60,668 bases of DNA from assembly GCA_039029335.1 (NCBI GenBank), contig JBCCGJ010000001.1, forward strand, positions 1-60,668, read 5' to 3'. Positions 25,801 through 32,196 of the stretch are shown one piece after another. The notes beneath the pieces were generated by a model that searched no databases, was not told where the DNA came from, and saw only the letters and a list, made by a program, of their open reading frames with translations. A program made the translations under genes and the position numbers. Source of the stretch: Actinomycetota bacterium. GTDB lineage: Bacteria; Actinomycetota; Acidimicrobiia; Acidimicrobiales; SZUA-35. Numbering within the stretch: the stretch's first letter is position 1; each line of letters starts with the position of its first letter.

Positions 25801-28701
25801 ACCAGAGGGTTCAAGGTCTTCGGTGATCAGACCCCGGAGGCCGATGAGGTCTTCAGCGTTGTGCTGTCCAACCCGGTCAACGGCTCGATCGCCGACGGTG
25901 TCGGTGCGATCACCATTCTCGACGACGACAACACCGGCATCGATCTGAACCTGGGCGACGTGACCGTCACCGAGGGCGACGCCGGCTCGACCGTCGCAGC
26001 GGTCCCGCTGACGCTGGACATTCCGGCTCTCAGCCCGCTGACGGTCAGCGTGTCAACCGTGGACGGCACCGCAACCACGGCCGACGTGGACTACAGCTCG
26101 GTGACCGAAGTGGTGGCGTTCGCCGTCGGTGAACAGACCAAGAACGTCAACATCAACGTCACCGGTGACACCAACATCGAGGCGGACGAGGCGTTCACCC
26201 TGGTGGCCAGTAACCCATCGAGCGGCCTGATCATCGAGGACGGTGTCGGCGAGGTGACCATCACCAACGACGACGTCCCGCCGGGCACGTCGGCCCTTAC
26301 CGTCGGCGACGTCATGGTGGTCGAAGGTGAATCGGGCACGACGATTGCCTCGGTCCCGCTGACGCTGGACATGCTGCCGTCACTCCCGGTCACCGTGACC
26401 GTCGACACCGTTGACGGCACCGCAACCGTTGCGGACGGAGACTACAACGCGGTGGTCGGGCAGACGTACACCTTCCAGACGAACGAGCTCACAAAGACCG
26501 TTGACATCGTCATTAACGGTGATACCGCGGCCGAGGTCGACGAGATGTTCACGCTGGTCGCGTCCAACCCGACCATCGGCCTGGCTCTGGTGGACGACAC
26601 CGGCGACGTCACGATCCAGACCGACGATGCCATCACCATCACCGCCGGGGACGTGACCCTGACCGAGATCAACGCCGGCTTCCGGTGGGCCCAGATGACC
26701 TTCACCCTGAGTGCCCCGCCGGGCACCAACACCTTCACCGTGGACTACGCAACGGCCGACGGCACGGCGACTCTGGCCGACGGCGACTACGAGGCACGGA
26801 GCGGCGAGCTGAAGTTCGTCAACAACACCACCACCCTCACCCGGGGGTTCAAGGTGTTCGGTGATACGCAGCCAGAACTCGACGAGGTGTTCATCGTCAA
26901 CCTGAGCAACCCGGTCAACGGGGTCATCGCCGACGGCGTCGGTGAGATCACGGTCCTGGACGACGACAACTCCGGCGTGGCGCTGACCGTCGGAGACGCA
27001 ACCGTCACCGAAGGGGACAGCGGTACCACAACGGCGCTGGTGGACCTGACGTTGGCCTCGGCCGCCGTGGTCCCCATGACGGTTGACGTCGCCACCGCCG
27101 ACGGCACGGCCACAACGGCGGACAGCGACTACACCCCCGTCACCCAGCAGGTCAGCTTTGCGATCGGCGATGTGACCAAGCAGGTTGCCATCGACATCAC
27201 CGGCGACACCAACATCGAGTTGGACGAGACGTTCACTCTGATCGCCTCGAACCCGTCAACCGGCCTGCTGCTGGCGGACGACACCGGCGACATCACCATC
27301 ACCAACGACGACGTGCCGCCGACGATCGATGTCAACCTGGTCGATGTGACCGTTGCCGAGGGCGACGCCGGTCAGAACACGGCGGCGACCGTCCAGGTCA
27401 ACCTGTCGCAGAATGCGGTCATCCCGGTCAGCGTCGACCTGAGCACGGTCGACGGCACGGCGACCGCCGCAAACTCGGACTTCACCCCGATCGCAGACCA
27501 GACCGTGACCTTCGCGGCCGGTGAGTCGTCCAAGTCGGTGGACATCAACATCATCGGCGACGACGACTTCGAGTTCGACGAGGACTTCCAGGTCACGGTG
27601 TCGAACCCGTCGGTCAGCCTCAACGTCGTCGACGGCACAGCGGACGTGACCATCACCAACGACGATGCGCAGCCGACCCTGTCGGTTATCGTCGCCGACG
27701 CCACCATCACCGAAGGTGACGCCGGCACAGCGAGCGTGACGGTCGACGTGAACCTCACGGCCCCGGCGGTTGCACCGGTGACGGTCGATGTGGCGACCGC
27801 CGACGACACCGCGGTCGCCGGATCCGACTACACCGCGGTCACTCAGACGGTGAACTTCGGCATCGGCGACACCGTCCAGCAGGTCACGATCGATGTCACC
27901 GGGGACACCGTCCTCGAGGGTGACGAGGTGTTCAACCTGGTGGCGTCCAACCCGAGCGTCGGCCTTGACATCCTCGACGGCACCGGCGACATCACCATCA
28001 CCGACGACGAAGTGCTGATCGTCAACGTCGGCGACCAGGTCATCGCAGAGGGCAACAGCCCGAACACCAGCGTCGTTTCCGTGACACTGACCCTGTCGGA
28101 ACCGGCCATCGCCCCGGTCACCGTTGTGGTCGACACGGTTGACGGCACGGCCACCGTTGCCGACGGGGACTTCGTCGCCATCAGCGGACAGACGGTGACG
28201 TTCCCCATCGGTTCGTCCTCCCAGACCGTCGACATCACGATCAACGGTGATGACAACATCGAGCCGGACGAGGACTTCTCGCTGGTCGCGTCCGCGCCGT
28301 CCGCAGGACTGACCCTCGGCGACACAACCGGTGTGATCACCATTCAGACCGACGATCTGCCTGCGGTGTCAATCGGCGACGTGACGGTCACCGAACTCAA
28401 CGCCGGGTACAAGTGGGCACAGGTCCGGTTCAGCCTCAGCGCACCGTCAACCCAGACGGTCCAGATCGAATACACCACCGTCGACGGCACCGCCACCGCG
28501 GTGGCCGGGGACTACACCCCCCGGAGCCAGATCCTGTCGTTCGCCCCCGGCAAGACCGAGCTGTTCCGAGGCATTCAGATCCTCGGTGACACCGCGGTCG
28601 AGGACGACGAATTCCTGACCGTCGAGCTGGTTGGTCCTCCCGTCAACGCCATCGTGGCCGACGGGATCGGTCAGATCGACATCATGGACAACGACAACTA
28701 G
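16849..28701 (+). CDS. Giant secreted surface protein: signal peptide, FG-GAP-like beta-propeller head, and about 30 tandem Calx-beta domains
   Basis: 3950 aa from a TTG at 16849. An in-frame GTG at 16912 would give the signal peptide VTLLGGSSRALLRSLLVLAMLASVLVVTTPRPAAAHA/GDD. The propeller (about 17020-18300) is paralogous to 13003-14814. From about 18331 onward there is a repeated unit of roughly 113 aa with the Calx-beta signature (V)xEG(D)xG...(D/G)(G)(T/S)AT...DY.....(V)xF..GE..K.(V)......D...E.DE.F. The protein ends ...DIMDNDN with no recognisable sorting signal. Confidence 0.95.
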   Translation: MAGSIARCGLFGRFGALLSHTVTLLGGSSRALLRSLLVLAMLASVLVVTTPRPAAAHAGDDCALFFPADVAENDWFGSSVGIDGDTAVITAWLGDEPTGPINAGAAYVYDRQPDGSWLEGQKLLPSVQGASFNFGFSADIDGDIIAIGAWHETVGAAAQAGAVYIFERTTPTGPWAETARLTASDADPADDLGYNLEVDAATSSVIVGAQQDDEGGSNAGAAYVFRKTNGVWAQEAKLLDPNANVNDRAGNDVAIDGDWAVVGHHLDDIGINGPQTNAGGALLYKRTGTTWGAPVELDVSNPEPIKNRAGYGVDIDGDLLVMTSYHDFDTQIPQGWIFRENNGVWTEEQQIFPYPSVNAGDHPFAAPNNDDGTHFGRHVELDNGVIAVGSSYDSSLDFERGATHYWTQDTNGLWKETARIDPEGNARYFHAGIAVGLSDTHAIIGAEKGNANDDGIHEPFATSPTEIFNAGLACIGDLSDILDGTHSPNPFYEVYASVGDATVAEGNPGDSNQASVDVTLSQAPPSEVTVEISTSDGSATLADSDYTQVTSQVVTFAAGETTQTVLFDVTGDFNTESNETFLVELANPTTGVLIDDGLGQVTITDEDVLELTVGDATVTEGDSGTTAALVDVSLPFPPTVVVTADLATLDGSATTADNDYTPYSDTLTFGVGEQTKQVSIDVIGDGFIEGDETFTLEVTGTSAGLSIADGSGLITITGDDANSVSIGDTSVTEGNAGSTVTATVDVTLASPASVPFDVTVSSADGTATLADGDYQASTQTVSFAIGEDTKSVSFTVNGDDTPEGDEVFTAELSNPTAGVTINDGSGNITITNDDAPSVSIGDAETLEGALGGTTPVSVEVSLSSPAVAPVSVTVDTADGTATTADSDYTAVTAQVVSFAIGEQTKTVTVDVLGDDTAESNEDLTLVASAPTGGLTIAHGTGTIDIFDDDSVAIVVGDATVVEGADGTTDTVTVDVTLTQPAVGQIDVTIATADDTATTADSDYVASSQVVTFLDTESAKQVTITVNGDDVAEADEVFLVQASNVVGTATIGDGTGEVTITNDDSVSVSIADGSIVEGDAGTSALLLDVTLSAAAPETVTVEVGTADGTATTADSDYTAVSGQVVTFAPGQTAKQVSIPVIGDEQFEDDEDFTVNLTNPSAGLTIGDGSATATITNDEVITVSVGDATIAEGDSGTAIVSVDVTLSDPADQQMTVLVDTADISATAGTDYVDPGQQTVTFNIGESTQSVDITVNGDTAIEPDESFSVTASSPTGGLVLGDATGVVTITNDDVPSAIDVSISDVTVDPEGTGANGTANVTVSLSAPAQVPVTLDVSTGPATPETATAGADYTAITDQQVAFAVGEQSKVISIDIVADSLAEVDETFELVGTNLLGSNVSFAKNIGVITIVDDDPITVSVSDVTVTETDSGANNLLATFTLNGPSFQTVVIDYATQDGTATVADVDYIAKSGEVRFAPGVTVLTRGIQYIGDTNVEPDEFFEVVLSNPINTLIGQGTATITILDDDTPPPMLTVGDVTVDPEGASATTTTATVDLTLDIPAVDTASFTLATVDGSATELDGDYVALNQTVTFTTGEQAKTIDITINGDDTPEINEQLTVVASNPVGKIGFSDDTGTITVVDDDGAVIASVQDVTIAEGDAAGGNTDVTVTVNLSSPATGPMSVDLTTSDGTAEAGAANPDYVTATQTVSFNLGDTTGTAVFQVVGDDIAEDDENFFVTGSNPTGGLLVDTQPGEVTITDDDNVLVSVSGIAITERDAGTKNAIVTFTLSKPSSVSVSVDYATQDGTATLADNDYLERIGDVRFPPLATTRTRGFTIVGDLNEEENEIFNVLLSNPVNAQIGTGTGVVTILDDDVVGNPLTVGDATVVEGDSGTTTVDVTLSLQDPAADAFTVDVETLNGTAVSGTDYQAINPAQTVSFAQGDQSQTVTLNVNGDTDPEADETFALVASNSSTTAINFADNTGLITVFNDDLIDVSVGDATVAEGAATTTVDATVTVSLSQPAIGTMTVDVASVDGSATVAGSDYVAVPTQTLVFSDGEQTQDVTVTVNGDDDFETDESFSLVVGTVTGDLNVLDGAGEVTITNDDTFIGSLSVVVGGATVVEPDAGSTVNAVVDVTLTEPATSAVSLDIVSSDGTATIADSDYVAVAETVNFAIGEQTKQVTVIVNGDDAAEFDETLTLVASNPSVGLAILDGVGEVVILNNDAAPLVGLTVTDVTVVEGDSGTTTASVNLVLDQPPVFPVSVDVSTGDGTATLADGDYTQITGQTVTFGSGVTSQVVDVDVTGDTNNELDEAFNLIASNPSSGLTITDDTGEITIQTDDAIMISVGDVTLTEIDAGFRWAQVPFTLTAAPATNADTVVVDYTTVDGTATVADGDYEARSQELRFGVGVTSITRGIRIFGDTDAEANEVLTVELSNVVNAQIGDGIGQITILDDDTATIGLTVGDVSIAEGDAGTSIVTVTLNLDSPAVNPLTVDVETADGTATAGSDYVALPLQTVTFNPNDQSKTVDITINGDTAVEPDETFDLVASNPSLGLALTDGTGTVTILHDDQPRLTVSDVTVTEGDTGTTTAAVLVDLDRSPTQELTVVVSTVDGSATIADNDYTAVGETLTFAIGEQSKAVNVFINGDTTFETDEELSVVASNPSAGLAIDDDTGVITVTNDDTTGTFGLIVGDASVVEGPDATTTVATVDLSLSFPAPGPVDVTIDTADGTATTADGDYVAISGQTVSFATGEQFKQVQVTVNGDGDEETDETFTVVASNPTGGAVLTDGTGVVNVLNDDVANLQVSVGDAQEVEGESGTVVVSVPVTLNKPSPVPVSVEVSTVDDTATTADNDYVAISSQLVNFPANEVNATVDITINGDTTQELNETFNLVASNPSAELSLGDDTGVITIVTDDGVTISVADVTMTEIDAGFKWAQVSFTLSAAPGSDTFTVDYTTQDGTATAASGDYETRSGDLRFANNTTTLTRGFKVFGDQTPEADEVFSVVLSNPVNGSIADGVGAITILDDDNTGIDLNLGDVTVTEGDAGSTVAAVPLTLDIPALSPLTVSVSTVDGTATTADVDYSSVTEVVAFAVGEQTKNVNINVTGDTNIEADEAFTLVASNPSSGLIIEDGVGEVTITNDDVPPGTSALTVGDVMVVEGESGTTIASVPLTLDMLPSLPVTVTVDTVDGTATVADGDYNAVVGQTYTFQTNELTKTVDIVINGDTAAEVDEMFTLVASNPTIGLALVDDTGDVTIQTDDAITITAGDVTLTEINAGFRWAQMTFTLSAPPGTNTFTVDYATADGTATLADGDYEARSGELKFVNNTTTLTRGFKVFGDTQPELDEVFIVNLSNPVNGVIADGVGEITVLDDDNSGVALTVGDATVTEGDSGTTTALVDLTLASAAVVPMTVDVATADGTATTADSDYTPVTQQVSFAIGDVTKQVAIDITGDTNIELDETFTLIASNPSTGLLLADDTGDITITNDDVPPTIDVNLVDVTVAEGDAGQNTAATVQVNLSQNAVIPVSVDLSTVDGTATAANSDFTPIADQTVTFAAGESSKSVDINIIGDDDFEFDEDFQVTVSNPSVSLNVVDGTADVTITNDDAQPTLSVIVADATITEGDAGTASVTVDVNLTAPAVAPVTVDVATADDTAVAGSDYTAVTQTVNFGIGDTVQQVTIDVTGDTVLEGDEVFNLVASNPSVGLDILDGTGDITITDDEVLIVNVGDQVIAEGNSPNTSVVSVTLTLSEPAIAPVTVVVDTVDGTATVADGDFVAISGQTVTFPIGSSSQTVDITINGDDNIEPDEDFSLVASAPSAGLTLGDTTGVITIQTDDLPAVSIGDVTVTELNAGYKWAQVRFSLSAPSTQTVQIEYTTVDGTATAVAGDYTPRSQILSFAPGKTELFRGIQILGDTAVEDDEFLTVELVGPPVNAIVADGIGQIDIMDNDN
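18331..28698 (+). repeat. Calx-beta coding repeat array (period about 340-345 bp) with a higher-order 3- and 5-unit super-repeat
   Basis: Hand count gives about 30 units. Six belong to a distinct subtype (TE(I/L)(D/N)AG(F/Y)(K/R)WAQ..F(T/S)L...DY(A/T)T.DGTAT...DY(E/I/L/T)(A/T/E/P)(R/K)S..(L)(R/K)F......(T/F)RG(F/I)). These start near 21083, 22126, 23864, 25594, 26632 and 28360, giving spacings of 1043, 1738, 1730, 1038 and 1728 bp. Confidence 0.9.
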
Positions 28702-28711
28702 GCCGCCGCCG

Positions 28712-30103
28712 ATGACCACCGACCCCACGATCGACACAGCAACAAGCGAACCGGCAACCGCCCGGAGTGTCCCCGCGGCAGCAGACGGTTCGCGTCCCCG
28801 TGTCCTGCTGGCCCACCGGTTCTACTACCCGGATGTGACCACCTACTCCCAGATGCTGCGAATCATCGGCGAGCATCTGGACCGGGACGGCTTCGACGTC
28901 ACGGTGTTCTCCACCCAACCCGGGTACAACGGGGTCTACGACGGTCCTCCGCTGCCGAAGCGGGCGACCGAAGCCGGGCTGACCGTCCACCGGGCCGGAA
29001 TCCCCGGAGCGGGGTCCAGTCTTGGCCGGCTCCTCGGCGGGTTCGTGTACGGCCTGCTGCTCATCGCTCACTGCGTCAGGCGGCGCGGCACGTACGACGC
29101 CATCTCCGTGTCCACCGTCCCGCCGGTGCTCATGGGGCTGTGCGGGACGATCGCAGCAAGGCTCTCCGGGGCGAAGCTCGTCTACCACTGCATGGACCTG
29201 TATCCGGAAATCGCCGTCGCCTCCGGCCTCTCCACCGAGGGGTTCCTCACCTCGGTGGCCCGCCGGTTGGACATGATCACGGTTCGTTCGGCCACAACGG
29301 TCATCGTCCTCTCCGACGACATGGCGGCCACCCTGGCCGCTCGAGGCCATCACAACCGCAACGTCGAGATCCTCAACAACTTCACGATCGAGGAGGTGGG
29401 CCAGGCGGCGCCGCTGCCCGACGAGTTCGCCCGGGGCGACAAAGACCGCTTCCGGGTGCTGTTCGCCGGCAACCTCGGCCGGTTCCAGGGGCTCGACACG
29501 GTCATGACGGGCTTCCTGGCCGCCCGAGAAGCCGACGAGAGCCTTGAGCTCTGTTTTATGGGTGCCGGCGCCATGGAGTCAGAGCTGCGGTCGATGGCCG
29601 GTGACGAGGTGGGCAGGTCCGTACAGTTCTGGCCCCACAGCCCGCTCCCGATCGCCATGGACGCCATCGCCGACGCCGACCTTGCGCTGGTCTCGCTGGT
29701 GCCCGGCCTTGTCCAGTCCGCATTCCCGTCCAAGACGCTCATGTACCTCGAGATGGGGACCAGGATCATGGCCGTGGTCGAGGCGGACAGCGCGCTGGCC
29801 CGCCTCGTCGAGGACGAGAAGGTCGGGACGGTTGCCCCGGTGGGTGATCACGAGGCCCTTGCCGCCGAACTGGTGGCCGAGGCCGCTCAGGCCACCGCAC
29901 GGCGCCAGGACGGCGACCTCGGCGACGCCGACCGTAATCGGGCAACCGAGGCTGCGGCCCGGCTGTTCGGTCAGCCGGTTGTGCTCCCGAAGTGGACCAC
30001 GCTGTATGCGGACCTGCTCGGTGTTTCGCATCCGGCGGGAAAGACCGCCGCCGATACCGCAGCCAGGCCGCCGATCAACGCCCCGGAAGTAGTGGAACAA
30101 TGA
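28712..30103 (+). CDS. GT4-family glycosyltransferase (WcaI/WbuB-like)
   Basis: ATG at 28712, 10 nt after the giant gene's stop. RVLLAHRFYYPDVTTYSQML (Glyco_trans_4-like N-terminal half), FRVLFAGNLGRFQGLD, and FPSKTLMYLEMGTRIMAVVE (GT1/4 C-terminal motif). Confidence 0.85.
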   Translation: MTTDPTIDTATSEPATARSVPAAADGSRPRVLLAHRFYYPDVTTYSQMLRIIGEHLDRDGFDVTVFSTQPGYNGVYDGPPLPKRATEAGLTVHRAGIPGAGSSLGRLLGGFVYGLLLIAHCVRRRGTYDAISVSTVPPVLMGLCGTIAARLSGAKLVYHCMDLYPEIAVASGLSTEGFLTSVARRLDMITVRSATTVIVLSDDMAATLAARGHHNRNVEILNNFTIEEVGQAAPLPDEFARGDKDRFRVLFAGNLGRFQGLDTVMTGFLAAREADESLELCFMGAGAMESELRSMAGDEVGRSVQFWPHSPLPIAMDAIADADLALVSLVPGLVQSAFPSKTLMYLEMGTRIMAVVEADSALARLVEDEKVGTVAPVGDHEALAAELVAEAAQATARRQDGDLGDADRNRATEAAARLFGQPVVLPKWTTLYADLLGVSHPAGKTAADTAARPPINAPEVVEQ

Positions 30104-30201
30104 GGGTTCGCGCGGTCAGGTTTCGACCTTAAAGTCCTACCGTTGATACCGATATGACACTGGATCGGTGCTCCACTTCCGCAACCACCTGGAGGGACGG
30201 A

Positions 30202-30636
30202 ATGAGAATTTGGAAACTGGTACCTGTGGTGCTGAGCTGTCTGCTCCTCGTGACCGCCTGCAGTGACTCCGACGACGAGGGTGACGCCGTCGGCAAGGCC
30301 TCCGAGGAGGTTGCCGACGGTGACGGTGTTGTAGCCGAGAGCCTGAACGAGACCACCGCCGTCCCCCGTCCGGAACAGTCCGTCCCGGATCTCGCGGGCC
30401 GTACCGAGGAGAACATCACGATCGGTGGCTGGGTGTTCGAGTCGAACGGCACGTTCCTCCTGTGTGAGGCCGCCGGCGAGGGCGATCCGCCGACCTGCGA
30501 AGGAGAAACGATGGAGATCTCCAACGGGGAGGTCATCGATGAGACGATCTTCCTCGGCGAAGCGGGCTCCCGATACTCCGACGCCCAGGTGGTTGTCACC
30601 GGAGACGTCGTCGACGGCGTGTTGACCATCGGCTGA
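30202..30636 (+). CDS. Small lipoprotein of unknown function
   Basis: ATG at 30202 after GGAGGGA. MRIWKLVPVVLSCLLLVTAC carries a lipobox (VTAC). This is followed by an acidic linker and a roughly 90-aa Cys-containing domain. Confidence 0.7.
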   Translation: MRIWKLVPVVLSCLLLVTACSDSDDEGDAVGKASEEVADGDGVVAESLNETTAVPRPEQSVPDLAGRTEENITIGGWVFESNGTFLLCEAAGEGDPPTCEGETMEISNGEVIDETIFLGEAGSRYSDAQVVVTGDVVDGVLTIG

Positions 30637-30645
30637 GTTCTGTCC

Positions 30646-32151
30646 ATGGCGGTCATAGACATACCGACGACGTTCTCCGCACCGGTCACCCGGTCGCGGG
30701 GCAACCTCCTCGACGGTCTTGTCTCCGTCATCCCGTTCGCCGCGCTTGTCCTGGCTCTTGTCGGCGGCGCCCTCTACCTCATCGGTGATGAGAAGGCACT
30801 CTTCCTGGTTGTGGGTGGGTTGCCCCTTGCGGCCGCATCGATCCCGTTGCTGTGGCGGCGGCATCGTGAGCTGGGGATGTGGACCTTCGCCATCATCTCG
30901 GTTGGCATCGGCTACACGCTGACCTTGTTCTACGTCTACGCCGGAAATCCCAGCGAGGAACTGATCGACAGCTTTTTCCTCCTCGGCGAGGAGCCGGAGT
31001 ACTTCCTCTACCCGGCGCTGCTGGTCAGCGTCGGGTTGACGATGATGGCGCTGTCCTACGTGGGGGTCACCGGCAAGCGGCAGAGCGTGGCCGTGAACCT
31101 GGGAGAGTTGCAGGTAAGCCGCCGACGCCTCTACGGCGTCACCAGCTTCTTTGCCATGATGAGTTTCCTCAGTCTGATCCTGTTCATTCAGGGAACCGGC
31201 GGATTCGACTTCTCCAGCCTCTCGACAAAGCGAACCTCGATCAACACCATCGACGTCGGCAACGATTCCTCCCTTCGGACCCTCGGCGAGGTTCGTTACC
31301 TCTCCAGCCTCGGGGTGGTGGGGTACCTGTTCCTCCTGGCCGCGCTGCTGTCGAAGGGGAGAAAGCTCCGCAGGGGCGAGATCGCGCTGGTGTCGGTGTT
31401 TCTCCTGGTCAACCTGTTGCTGCCCTTCTACTCCAGCAGCCGGAGTGACACCATCGTGCCCATCCTGGCCACCGTGGTCATGCTCGCCCGGTACGAGCGC
31501 AAGCTGAACTGGCGGGTTGTCCTGGTCCCGGCGCTTGCGCTGCTGCTGATCTTCAACACCATGACCGACCTCCGATCGGACGACTCGTTGGATCCGGGCT
31601 CGGTGCTCGGCGTCTCGGTTGTCACCGAGTTCTCGGACAACATCGCCCTCAACCGCAATTTCGCCGACTTCAGCAAGGCGTCACATCTGATCCAGCGGGT
31701 GCCGGAGGACCTGGACTTCCGCTACGGGTCGACCATCGCGGCGTTTGTGGTTGCCCCGATCCCTCGTTCGTTGTGGCCCTCAAAGCCGCTGATCAGCGCC
31801 GGTCCGATCATCGGTCAGCAGATCTACAAACAGCGTCGGGCCTTCGGGCTGTCCGCCAGCGGCATCCCTCCGGGCTTCTTCGGTGAGATGTACTGGAACT
31901 TCGGCACCGCCGGCATCCTGCTCGGTTCACCGCTGCTCGGCGCGGCCCTCGGTCTTGGCAACCGGTGGTCGAAGACCAGACAGGACATCCGGGCCCAGGT
32001 GTTCTACGGCGCCGGTCTGTTCTCAACGATTTCCGGGTTCCTGGCGGTCGGCGTCGGTTTTGCGCTGTTGGAGTTGGCCACGACGTTTGTTGGTGTACAG
32101 GCGATCTACTACCTGCTTGGCAGACCGAAAATCGCCAGAGGACCGCGATGA
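30646..32151 (+). CDS. Polytopic membrane protein; oligosaccharide repeat-unit polymerase (Wzy-like), or possibly a related ligase/oligosaccharyltransferase
   Basis: 501 aa with at least 10 hydrophobic helices. Contains a large loop and IPPGFFGEMYWNFGTAGILLG, which resembles Wzy/EpsG-type polymerases. Its position in a Wzx-containing glycan cluster supports the call. The family assignment was made by eye only. Confidence 0.6.
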   Translation: MAVIDIPTTFSAPVTRSRGNLLDGLVSVIPFAALVLALVGGALYLIGDEKALFLVVGGLPLAAASIPLLWRRHRELGMWTFAIISVGIGYTLTLFYVYAGNPSEELIDSFFLLGEEPEYFLYPALLVSVGLTMMALSYVGVTGKRQSVAVNLGELQVSRRRLYGVTSFFAMMSFLSLILFIQGTGGFDFSSLSTKRTSINTIDVGNDSSLRTLGEVRYLSSLGVVGYLFLLAALLSKGRKLRRGEIALVSVFLLVNLLLPFYSSSRSDTIVPILATVVMLARYERKLNWRVVLVPALALLLIFNTMTDLRSDDSLDPGSVLGVSVVTEFSDNIALNRNFADFSKASHLIQRVPEDLDFRYGSTIAAFVVAPIPRSLWPSKPLISAGPIIGQQIYKQRRAFGLSASGIPPGFFGEMYWNFGTAGILLGSPLLGAALGLGNRWSKTRQDIRAQVFYGAGLFSTISGFLAVGVGFALLELATTFVGVQAIYYLLGRPKIARGPR

Positions 32152-32196
32152 GGCGGCGCCCGGCGATGGACCAGAAGAAGAAGGCGGAGGGCACGA

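Noticed and set aside
18483-28343. A regular series of about 85-115-aa ORFs on the minus strand, spaced about 330-345 bp apart. Many begin MVAVPSAV.../MAVPS...
   Set aside because: These are antisense shadows of the Calx-beta repeat. The recurring DGTAT..AD codons read backwards give ATG-GTx-GCx-GTx-CC, and high third-position GC keeps the antisense frame open. Their composition (Ser/Thr/Val/Pro strings) is not protein-like, and the plus-strand frame is a continuous 3950-aa domain array.
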